Source: Takakia lepidozioides (lineage: Eukaryota > Plantae > Bryophyta). From it: 64,000 nt of DNA. The position numbers were made by a program, and so were the translations under genes. The notes below the pieces were generated by a model. It had not been told where the DNA came from, searched no databases, and was given only the letters and a program-made list of their open reading frames with translations. Shown in pieces: positions 39,860 to 51,238 of this stretch. Within the stretch, counting starts at the first letter, position 1. Each line of letters starts with the position of its first letter. The DNA is taken from the NCBI GenBank assembly GCA_030704615.1, contig CM060732.1, forward strand, positions 63,178,001 to 63,242,000, given 5' to 3'.

Positions 39860-40944
39860 ATGGCACAGGGAAGAGGCATGGCGGTCATGGGTGTACTTCT
39901 GAGTATTGCAGCGTTGCTACAAATCGCCCTGGCCTTCCCGGTAGTCCATGACGTGGGAGACAACAGCACTGGGACATGGAACAGCATTAATCATCCTGGC
40001 TGGACGGTCCCCGGGGTGGCTAACGGCCTCAATATCTCATACTACAGTGATTGGGCTAATAGCAACACCTTCCGTCAGGGTGACTTTCTTTGTGAGTTGT
40101 TCCTTCCTCCAGATCGCTACATGGGGGCCCGGGATTGGTATCAATGGGTTGTTTTTAGCTGTAGGATGTATGCAGCTCGACTTAAATGTTGAAATGGGTG
40201 GGGATAAATCAGTGCGGGCGATTTCTGTTACAGTTGCATCTTTCCAACTGGAGCCGTAGAATCTAAAAATCCTGTACACTAGAGGCGATGGGACGTACGA
40301 TTTTGTGCATACCCAGAGCAAGCCTTACCTTCGAAACTAAAGAGGAATTGCAAGCACGGTTGTTCATACATTCTCTATTGCATCTAAGTCTTTCTGACGA
40401 TTCATGGACATGGAACTATTTACTGTTTTCATGATGCAATTACCTTATCCAGTGCAAATGCAACGTAAACACTAGAACTTCCACAGAGACTGAGAAAGGT
40501 TAAGGGCGTTCAACCTAGTTAGGCGATTGAGGAAACTCCTGCATGTTTTACCCTAGTATTCTGTTCATGCAAGCATGAAAGTATTATTGGATCTCAATTT
40601 GGATGCATGCATGTGCAGTGTTCAACTACACTCAGGGACAACACACTGTTGTGGAAGTGACCCAGCATAATTTTGATATCTGCAACGATACGGGCTCCAT
40701 CAGAGAGTGGAAGACCGGCCACGATTTGGTTGAGCTCCCCAATGTGGGATTCCGCTACTTCTTCTGTGGGATCGACAGTCATTGCCAGGCAGGTCAGAAG
40801 ATTCGGTTGAACGTTCTGTCTAATATCACAGGATTGCTCAATGAGACAATACCGAGTGTAGCTCCGGCAATTAGTGGTGCATCCACTCTTGGTGCCACGG
40901 CTGCTATACTACAGCTGGGGGCCCTCTTTGCCACTTTGTTGTAA
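39860..40944 (+). CDS. Phytocyanin, stellacyanin-type blue copper protein, probably GPI-anchored; exons 39860-40091 and 40619-40944
   Basis: MAQGRG start and signal peptide; VGD..GW..YSDWA..TFRQGDFLLFNY..HTVVEV..C..YFFCGIDSHCQAGQK, giving His/Cys/His/Gln ligands; hydrophobic C-terminal tail. Confidence 0.93.
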
Positions 40945-41439
40945 ACTACAGTGTTATGTACATCAGAGACCAGGTCTTAGGCCCCGCCATGACGCTTGTG
41001 AATTCGAGCTTTGGCCTGATTCAGCAAAGGAAATAGGGACCTTAATCATCACTGAAGTTTAGGGTTCATAATTCAGAACAGGTTGGGTAGAGTGGCGTCT
41101 TAGAAGCTGTTGGGAGATGACCGTGAACCTCCCAGATGCCTAATGGTCTTCTACCTCTTGGTATGAAACTTCCAGAATGTACATAAGGGTGTAGGTGATG
41201 GACATCACTTTTTCAATGCCAGGACACAATCCCCTCTCTTTTAATTCTTTCCAATGGACATATTACTACTTTCACAATAATTCTCTCTTCAGCAGGTACA
41301 GCGTGACTTCCACAAAAACACACAGATTTCTCTCAATTTGCCCTGTATGTGGGAGTCAGTTTTACAACCGAGTGACACTGGATGTTTGAATGTACTACAA
41401 AAGTGAGATCATGCATTCATGATGAGGTCTGGAGACAGT

Positions 41440-43150
41440 GGGAAATATAGTGAAACTGCTCTAGAACGACATCTGATGCAATACCGGATATGATGATGTC
41501 AGCATGGACCTTTATACCCTTTTCCAAGGCTGTCAGTCTGGCACACAAATTTAGAATGCCAGTGAAAGTGATCCCCTCAGGGGTCACCCCTCCCCGCTGC
41601 ATTTGCTCATAAAGCCTCCCTACTTACATCCATGCTGAGCATATCCTTTGATCGTGCCCCACGACAACACATCACGCTTAGCCATCTTGTCAAACACTTA
41701 GTGCATCCTTTACATTCCCACATTTCACACACATCGCAACAAGGGTGTTCTCCAGAGCTACATGTGATGCAAGTCCAGCTTTGAAAATATGCACATGGAC
41801 CTCTATGCCTTTTCCCAGGGTTCCTAGGCTCGCACAAGCATTGACTAGTGAATGTCATCGGGCACCACACCTTCCTGTTGCATTTGCTGATAGACCTCCA
41901 AAGCCACCCTGCCACACCCCTGCTGAGCATATCCTGCTATCATGGTGCTCCATGAGACGACATTTCTTCTAGCCATTCTATCGAACACTTGATGTGCATC
42001 CTTCATGCTCCCACACTTGTTGACAAGGGTATTCTCCAGAACAATATCCGACACAATCGCAGATTTTAGGATGTCAGCATGGATCTCTATCCCCTTTTCC
42101 AGGACTGTCAGGCTGGCACATGCATTGAGATTGCAAATGACGGTGACCTTGTTGGGCGTCACCCCACCGTTGCAGTTGCTCATGGATCTCCAAAGCCTCC
42201 CTACCACACCCTTGCTGAGCATATCCCGCAATCATGGCACTCCATGACACCACATCGCGCTTAGGCATTTTGTCAAATGTTTGACACGCTTCCATTCTAC
42301 TCCCGCATTTGGCATACATGTCAACAAGGGTACTCTCGACACTGACATCTGATGCACTTCCAGCTCTGATGATTTCACCAAGGACCTATATGCCCTTTGC
42401 TAGGGCTGCCAGAGCTGGCACATGCCTTGAGAACACAAATGAACGTGACATTGGTGGGTGTTACTGCTTCCCGTATCATATGCTCATAGAGCTTGAAGAG
42501 CCTCACCACTACAACAATGCTGAGCATATCCTGCTATCATGGTGCTCCATGAAACAACATCTCCTTGCACCATTTTATTAAACACTTGACACGCATCCTT
42601 TATGCTTCCACATTTGGCATACATGTCAATCAGGGTGTTCTCCAGCATAATATCCGGACATAATTCCAGCTTTGATGCTGTGAGTGTGGAAATCTATGCC
42701 CTTTTCCAGGGCTGCCAGGCTAGCGCATGCCTTCAGAATGCAAATGAATGTAACCCTGTTGGGTGTCACCCCTTCCCGTATCATCTGCTCATATATCTCG
42801 ATGGCCTCCATACCACACCCAGGCTGAGCATGTCCTGGAATCATGGCATTCCATGAGACAACATTTCTTCTAGCCATTTTATCAAAGGTTCCACTCGAGT
42901 CCTTCATGTTTGCACATTTGGCATACATAGCAATCAGGGTATTCTCCATAATAATGTCTTGCATAATTCCAGCTTTAATGATAGAGGTTCAACAGGCTCG
43001 CACACGCCTTGAGAACGCATATGAATGTGACCCTGTTGGGTTTCACGCCTTCCCATAGCATTTGTTCAATAGATTGCAAGAGCTTCCCTGGCATAGCCTC
43101 CTATTATTATATTCCAGGTACACAAATTTCGTTCAGGCACCTTCCTCCTT
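41440..43150 (-). pseudogene. PLS-type PPR pseudogene (repeat tract only, no E/DYW visible)
   Basis: Frameshifted fragments with MYAKCG, VVSWNAMI/VVSWSAMIAGYAQ, GVTPNRVTFICILKACASLAALEKG and ERNLCTWNIIIGGYA. Confidence 0.9.
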
Positions 43151-43837
43151 GGTAGTTGAAATGCAGCATCCAAGGTCACCTTGACCTGAATTTTCCAATA
43201 AAAAGTGTGGGGCAAAATGTTGGATAACTTAATTGCTCTCCCTCGTGGAGCGTCGGACTCCCGAGTCCCGACGCCCGGCAGTGTACCGGCCATATGCGGG
43301 TCGAGGCAACCGTAGTTCTTTCATGCATTCTTGTGGAGGAGTGAAGCTCGCAGGCGGGTTGGGTGCACCTTGATTTCTCCCTCACAATGTTCAGGCAAAC
43401 CTGCTGCTGTGGACGCTACTTTCCCTTAGGATTGAAGCAGCTTCGTATCGAGTCTCCCAGATCCAATCAAGGTTAGTGATTTGGCCCCTACAATTGTCAT
43501 CCATCTCAGGCTATGCGAAGAATTGCCCTCTCCGTTGCCTCCAGTGTTGGAAGGAGAGGTATGAAGGGGGCAGTAACTCTGTCTCTCCAAAGGTAGTGAG
43601 TTTCTTTGTCGCCTTCCGTAGGACTGGTGCTACTCCACACGATCCATCATTTGGCAATATCTGCGTTTGGCAGTTTTGATGTGGATGTCTGTAGATTGTT
43701 CACTGTGTTACGAGGACTGGTGCTTATAAGTCTCTTGCTGGAATTTCGGGCGTTCACAATAGAAAGTCAGTTCAAAGCTATCAGAAAGGTCATGCACTGC
43801 CATGGGTTTGAACTTGAAGTATATTTCATGACTGCAG

Positions 43838-46617
43838 GCAAAGGAGATCCCTATGCCATTTTGTACTGTGGGAGGATCAAGCTTAGGAGCAAAAGTCCCT
43901 CAGGTATGGAGGTGCTGTCAGTGAAGCTGTGTACTATAATGGTGTTTATCTCAGTCTGAGAATTTGTGGGGTTGTGACCCCTAATGTTACGACGCTCAGT
44001 GGTTAAATCGCCGCAGAGAATTTGAGAGATGTTCTGGGTTCCCTAGGCAGCTGTTCTCCGTGGCAAGTATTAACTCCATGGATGCGAGCAGGCATAATGT
44101 GGCAAACATTTCTCCCTCCCTCTCAGTTTTCCCTCTTTTAGGCACTGTCTGCTACATCTGTGGCCAGCTTGGGGGCTGGAGAAGCAGCGCGGGATTCAAC
44201 ATTTTGTTCGCGCAAAGTCCTAGGTATTTGTAATGGCCACCAAGATTACCGAACCCAATAATCTTAAAATTAGGATCTCCAAAATCGAGAAGGATGTCTA
44301 TGCCAGCTCACATAAGAAACTCTTAATTCTTTACAATATTACTTTCATTGGCTGTGCTCAAAGCCAATGGCCCCTCTGAGATAGTCTCATATACCCTTGT
44401 TGGGATGGAATTTTAGAACTGGCTCCGGGGGGGAATGATATGGCATAAGCAATCTTCGGAGGGATTGGTTAATGCCTACAAACCTCTGTCTCTCTCACAC
44501 TGGTTCAGTGAGAGCGGAAGTTCTACAACAACCAAGGTGTAGATCTGGTAGTTTTGTTGTCACTAGTGGAATAAACGTTATTTTGTCAAGGCCCTATACT
44601 TGACACTGAATGGACCCTGTCGATTGGAATATAGCTACCGTTCAAGACTGCAACAGTGATTTTGGGCTGAGTTTCATGTCCTCGAGGGTGAAATGACTCA
44701 TGAGCTATGCCTGTAGAAGGCTGATTAGAGTTGGTGTGTGGATGGTGTACTCATAGTCGAGTTTATACTCAACCTGCGCAGATCACGGCAGTAAACCAGT
44801 GTGGAAGCAGAAGTTCACACTCCCTGTTGATAATAGCACTTCTGAGCTTTCAATCCAAATCTTCCATGCAAATGTCCTGGAGGACAACAAGATTGGAAGG
44901 GCCATGTAAGACCTTCTGACCTCTCTCTCTATGTCTGTTTCTTGCTCTCACACAAACACATACACACCCAACATACTCGTGAGGTTGGGTGGCCACTGGA
45001 GTATGGAAGACAGTGTGACTGTATCTTCGTTGAACCAAATGAGAACAGCTTCAGTACAGGTGTATATCACGAATAATGGATGTCTGTGAGAGAATTATTT
45101 CAGTCCCATTGTCAGACTTTGAAGCATCTCAGCAGTTTTATAGTGTGCAGTGCATGATACAAATTTAATGGCAGAGCACAATTATGAGTTCATCCTCTTA
45201 TGGGTATAGTCTTAGGAGTCAAAGTTCATAATATTTTTTGTGGATAGGGTGATAATATGGAAAGAAGCTTGAAGGAGATTTTAATTTGTTGGTGGTTTTG
45301 AATTCTATGCCAAATTACACAAGGGATCAATCTTCTATTTGGAACCCATTAGGCATTGTCAATGTCTCTTGGGTATAAGTAAGGAGACGCCAACCAGTCA
45401 ATGAAGGCCCAGGAGATTTTTTAGTTGTCACAGGGCCTGCAGGAGGCAGTTTCGATGTGGCCACGGTAAGTGCATAGGTCAAAAACTGGCCTGTTAACAG
45501 CGAGCTCAGTCTATGGTTCATGTGCAAATTTGCGTCCCAAAGGTTGCATAGGGATGATCTGGAATTGATTCCAAGTATGTAGTTACCGAGTAATTTTTTT
45601 GGTGGCTGGATGGCAGGATACCTTTAGGTAAGGTGTTCAATGCTGGGAACAAGCTGCCTACCACCTCTTTTACCAATCCAGGTGTTCCAGCTCCATATGG
45701 ACCAGGAAGCGCGCCCGGCCCTTACTGTTCTCAAGCATACCCAACCTCTGGGGCCTCCCTACCTATGCATATTGAGACTGAACATTACTCTGCCTATAAC
45801 TCCCAGCCATACTCAACTCTGGGTAATTATGCTCCCAGTATTTCACACTCAGAGTCTGAACATACCCTCCCTTCTTCCAATGCTTTCCACCAAGGTCCAT
45901 ACATAGGGCCTGCATATCTAGTGCCTCCCTGGCCTGGTTACCATGTAGGGCCTCCCTTCCTGCAAAACAGTCAGAGTCCATACCCCTCTGCTTCCTACCC
46001 TACTCCTTATTTGAATCGTGCATTTTCTTCATTAGCACCAGCACAGGCTCCCGCCCAACCTGACCAATCATTGTCCTTGGGAAGCAAACCTTCAGCTATC
46101 GACAATACTGTATCGTTTAAGAAGAAGGTGGCTTTGTGGGTGGGCTACGTGGGAACTCATTATAAAGGTATGCTCCTGTTTCCATACGTATGTGTGGTAA
46201 AGCTCACTTTGTCACCGACATTGTCTATTGGTTCATGGCCACAACAGTTGAAATATTTCTGGTCTGTCACGGCTTCGAAGGATAAGCAAGTAGTCCTGTT
46301 CTAGGCGAAGAAGATGAAGAGTGACTGGGTAGCTTGTTTTCCAGAACATATCTGCCAATCAAACACGCAGTACATTGAACCAGTCATAACTTATTGGTGG
46401 GTTTGTCCTAATTCCCATCTCTCATGCATTCTAATTATACACTCTGCAGCTGGATAAACTAGTGGACTGCGTGGTTTTGGCAATAAGTGAATTTGTGGAA
46501 AGGGACACCAGGTAAGATTGCTCAGAGTTCACTATTTCAAGGTTTCCTGACTCACAGTCGATTTTCTGATTGTAATGGCAGGCTTACAAATCCAGCGCAG
46601 GCCTGGCTCTGCTCAGA
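43838..46617 (+). CDS. Chimeric exon chain: truncated C2 domain, Pro/Tyr-rich linker, N-terminus of a TruA/Pus1-like pseudouridine synthase; exons 43838-43903, 44782-44905, 45617-46167, 46582-46617; start and end unresolved, possibly a pseudogene
   Basis: Spliced translation GKGDPYAILYCGRIKLRSKSPSDHGSKPVWKQKFTLPVDNSTSELSIQIFHANVLEDNKIGRAMIPLGKVF (C2) ...PYPSASYPTPY... KKKVALWVGYVGTHYKGLQIQRR (Pus1 motif). GT-AG junctions are in phase. Confidence 0.7.
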
Positions 46618-46710
46618 GTAAGTGGTATGCCCCATACACTAATCTTCCTCTCCTCTGTTCTCTGAAACATTCATCCTTTCATGTTTACTTCTGTTTCTCT
46701 GGAGGTGAGA

Positions 46711-46748
46711 GCCAGAAGGCTTCGCCAAACAACGTCTTATGAGTATCC
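46711..46748 (+). mobile_element. 38-bp extreme 5'-truncated copy of the RTEX-like element
   Basis: GCCAGAAGGCTTCGCCAAACAACGTCTTATGAGTATCC matches the element's 3' end. It is flanked by the 10-bp direct repeat GGAGGTGAGA at 46701-46710 and 46749-46758. Confidence 0.82.
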
Positions 46749-47107
46749 GGAGGTGAGATTTCTCATAAAACTGTCCTCAGCAATAAGAAGGGACTGTCTT
46801 CATCAGTCATCCCATAGGTCCCTCTTAGGTGCAGTGTCTGAAATCCAAACCAACTGTGCATCTTTTCATACATGTGCCCTCAGACGCAGACAAGCACAGA
46901 TAGGGCTAGTCATGTCAAGACTAGAAAAGAAGAAGTCTGAGTTCTTTTAGGAAATAGACATCATCTATCAACAAACTCCAATAGCAACTATCAATGTCAA
47001 GACCTCTGCTTTTGTTGAGAAGACCACATTAGGTTATAGGAAAGACCTTCTAGTAGAAGATAGATCTGTCATAGCAGACCAGGTCTGTCCAATTAGGCCA
47101 ACTGTAG

Positions 47108-48390
47108 AGGTCAGTCACGGCCTACAACAGCAGGTCTTATGAGTACATTCTCTCTCTCTTGCTTGTTCTCTTGGTCCAAAATCGATGGGAAGGGTTGGGG
47201 GGGGGGATTGGTCCAACTTTCTGGTGAGGGATTTTCAAGCCCAAGTTGGCAGTGATTGAGCCTTGGACCCTTATGCTATATAGCTCTCTTGTTTGTGGCT
47301 ATCTCCTGTGGTTTTTCTGAAGGGCTTTTGAGAGGATATCTGGAAAACCCAAACTAATTGTCTCTACCAAGGTAAGTGACACTACCGGATTGAGCCCCTC
47401 ACAAAGGTAGCAGCTACTCCCTTTTATTCCGCCCAGGCGTGGGGTCTACGGCCACAAGGCTATAGCAAACAACATCTGATCAGTACTTTCTCTCTCTCTT
47501 CTTTGATTGATGTTTGTGTGGAGGGATTTCTAGACGACATCTATTTGATTGAATGTAATATTGCATGGAGAAGAATGGTGTGCACCCTCTATTGGATGGT
47601 GGGCTCTGTCTCTATCTTGCTGTCATTGTCAACATATATAAGAAACGTGACAGAGAAGAACCTGAGAACCATCGCAGCATTATGCTTCTTCATGCAGCTT
47701 CTTAATTATGCTTCTTAATGCAAGCTATTTTGCAGGCTTCTCAAGGCTGATCTGGAGTCTAGAGGGGTTCTCCATGAAGGCCAGGGTGGCTTTTGGACAA
47801 ATAAGGCTGCATGAACCATATTGCTAACATGGCTGTTTGGGAAAAGTTTGGCATACCTCCCTTAAGCTCTCGACGTAATGAGTTCAAGGTCAGATTGTGA
47901 GGTCAGTTGAATAGCAGGTCCAACACCAGATACCCTAAGATAATCGACTTTATCTCTTGGAAGGAAGACTGTCCTGTTAAACAGGCTATGTCCTGGCGGA
48001 AAAGGGAAGAAGAGATTTCCTAGTATCTGAATATTAGCCCTGAAGAATTGACCCTGCTAGATGAAGTGACCTGGAGGTTGCAGTGTCTAATGCCATGTTG
48101 GATGCATAAGAGCATAAAGAGCATAAAGTTCACCAACATCACATAATTTATGCAATTTGAAGTTGGTGAACAGAGGTGCGGAATGTTGTGGGATGCTCCT
48201 GAAGTGGGTCACTCTCTGCTGAGTATGCTGGACAAATATCAGAAAGTGGATATTGTCTTCAGGCTGCTCACACATGGGGCAACTACAATCTCCCTTTCCT
48301 CGCAACATCTCTTTATTGTTCAAAGGTAGGCTTCCCACCCCGAGTTTAAATTACAGTCTAGTGTAGGTAGGCCCTTGACATCATCCTTGT
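47108..48390. mobile_element. Cluster of RTEX-like fragments: 3' ends at ~47108-47160 and ~47315-47500 (+), RT pieces at ~47740-48085 (+), zinc-finger piece at ~48090-48390 (-)
   Basis: Nucleotide and peptide similarity to 9878-13774: GAGGATATCTGGAAAACCC, GGCCACAAGGCTA, DLESRGVLHEGQGGF, FGIPPLSSRRNEFKVR and SLPLNNKEMLRGKGDCSCPMCEQPEDNIHFLI. Confidence 0.85.
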
Positions 48391-49602
48391 ACCGTACCAA
48401 ATAGGTGCCATTCTATGGGTTAGCCATAGCACCATAGACAGCTCTTTTTTGGCTTTCCCTAGATTGGCGGGGCAGTATCTTGGAAGAGGTTCATCCCTCA
48501 TTATAATTGCAGAGTTGTACCCAACTCTTGCAATTAAAAATGCTTGGCCGATAGGCCCTCTCTAGTACACACCTATAAGCTGAAAGGGGGTAAGGATCCA
48601 CCATCCTTCAGCTGCCTTCAGTCTTAGCCATCTTCAAAGGTTCCAAAAGTGGCTGAGCAGGAAGGGAGGCAGTTCTTTTGACATCATGGCACACTTCACG
48701 GCTCTTTTCCTGCTTTTCCAACTCTGTTGTTTATGATGCCTTGCCATAGCAAACACTCTCATCTTGTCAAGTTGATGGATACTAGCATACGGCTGATTGT
48801 GTAGTAAGTTTGATTTGGAATGTTTTCTCTCAAACACTGGATGTCTTGTTCTCTCCTAACCTGTAGATTAACTTTCTTAAGGGTGGAAATCGATAACAAG
48901 TGGATCAAAACCTGGTATTCCACAACAGTCACTAACCTATTGGTTGTGCGGTTGCTTGTGGGACCAGGTGAGGTTCCAGCCCAGACTTTTAAGCTTTACT
49001 CCTCTACGTGCTTACAGAAGAGACAACATCACGACTAAATCTTTGCATATTTGTTGTTTTTTACTTCTGTCCTCCACTGTTTGCTGCTTTTTGAAGATAG
49101 AAGAGGCCGTAGTAGGCCCAACACACCCCTCATGGGCTGTGTGTGGATGTCTCCTACTTGACCTTTCTAGTGTTTGAAAAAGAAGGAACAAGAACGACCA
49201 TCATGATCCTTCTATAGACCTGTAGTATCTCTTTACAATCAGTATTTACAAGCTACTACTTCCTGAGGGAGGTCCAGAAGTTAAAGGCACCTACTGACCT
49301 GTCTGTGGACTTAGTGGTTTGATATATCCTTCCTAAGAACTTCAATAAGGTGAATTGTGACTTTCGGCCACCCACCCACCGGCTTGGTCTTGTTTTTTGC
49401 ATACACATCATGAGACAGTATATAATACTGTCAGTACATCCTATTCACATCATTCCACATTTGACCATGTCATTACACCATGTCCAGGGGGTATTTCCAC
49501 TTGACCACCCTGGCTGCCTCAACCAGTTACCAGTTATATATTGCTGCCATATTTCATTATCAGCCGAATATCCACAGGCAGAATCTTCACCATACCCTGG
49601 CC

Positions 49603-49660
49603 TAAGCATCTTGTTTGTCATAGCCTTGTGGCCATTGACCCCGCGCACACAAATTGGCAC
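49603..49660 (-). mobile_element. 3'-end fragment of the RTEX-like family
   Basis: TTGTTTGTCATAGCCTTGTGGCCATTGACCCCGCGC is nearly identical to 9894-9929 and encodes [12 protein letters not shown]. Confidence 0.8.
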
Positions 49661-51238
49661 GCAGAGAGACAGAGAGAGATAGGGCTTGTCTTGTCACGAC
49701 AAAGAAGGATATGTCAGGAGTTGATCAGATCAGAAAGATTTTCTTAAAAAACCAGGACAAAACACCCTATACCATAGTTTTGCTCCTGATTTGTTTCACA
49801 CTTCTGGGTGATTGGGGTGGGTTGTGGGGTTGTAAGAAACCCTCCAACCACCTTTCTTCATAGTGACAAACATCATACTGAACAATATTCATATTCACTG
49901 TACTGTCATGGTGGGATTTCCAGAAAACACATTTGTGCTTTTTAGCATGTGGACTGTCGGTCAGTGACCTCCAAGGCAGCCTTAGCCTTTCCTTGAGCAA
50001 ACCAGTGCTTGCTCAAAACCATAGAGATCTCTGCCCACAGTAAATGTCTGAGCATAGTACTTCTCTATGATGATAATTCGGTTTCATCAAAGTAGTGTCA
50101 ATATAATACTTCCCTGAAAATCACATGTCTCAAAACTGAGGCAAATCCAAGTCTTTGACCATAACCCAAATGGGGTGTACTGCCATGTCTTAAAACAAAA
50201 CAAACACAGTATTCAGAATGACACCACTCAGCTGGCCTGTAAAATTAGATTCACCCAATTCACGTCTTCACAACCCTCTGGTATCAGATTTGAAGGGTAG
50301 ATTACTTGCGTAAAATGCTTCCCTCACAGAAACCTGAGGCTGTCATCAAGATTTGTCCCACTTGTCCTAGGCAGTGGCTGCCTCATGCGATGGGCGATTT
50401 CCATCATCTATCCAATGTACTCTGTAGCAAAACTTACACATATAGCTTGCTAGGAGCAGGGATAGAGCGTGGGTCCAGATTCAACCAAGAGGACTGAATT
50501 TCAAGCACAAGATCACCTATGATTCCCTGTGGATTGATAGCTACAGAAACCTGTATGGGTACATGGTCCACTGGAAGCAGTGGCAGCACAATTAATCAAT
50601 CCAAGCACACTGCTTCTTCAACACTCAGCCAATGTTACCCTCTTATCAGAGTCATCTCTAATTTTTCATGTTCATTTCTGCAAGTTAGCTCCTTGGGTGG
50701 ATCTATGCTGGTTTGGAGTGACTTTGACATGTTACTGCCAGTGTGGCAACAGGAAAGGATCCAAAAACAGATAACAGTGACAAGGAGAAGCTTTGGATGG
50801 AATATTTTTCAGACCCCAGTCAATGGTGGTACAATGGAGGCAGAAAGGTGAACGCCTGTTAGATTACAGAGAGAAGCGGACAACGAGACGCAATGCAATC
50901 CTCTCTCTCCCCAGCACATTTTTGAAGTCTGGGGAGCAATTCAGCATAGGAACTTTATTTTTATAAATAGGGTTGGGTTGTTTGCTAGAACAAATTCAGG
51001 CTGTCATTGTCAGCAGCTAGCAGCAAGGCGAGGATCTAGACCTGCTTTGTGCAGAGGCAGGGATAGCTGAAGGAGCAGGGATAGAGTGTGGGTCCAGATT
51101 GATGCAAGAGGGCGGGATTTCAAGCACAGAATTACCTATGACTCCCTGTGGATCGATAGCTACAAGAAAGCTGCAACGTTTGGTGGTCAACTTGAAGCAA
51201 GAGCAACAGCTACGCAATTGATAAAATCAGCCTTGGCC

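Noticed and set aside
43985-44530. Possible solo LTR (TGTT...AACA) in a C2-gene intron
   Set aside because: The flanks CCTAA and ACCAA do not form a TSD, and there is no second copy in the window.
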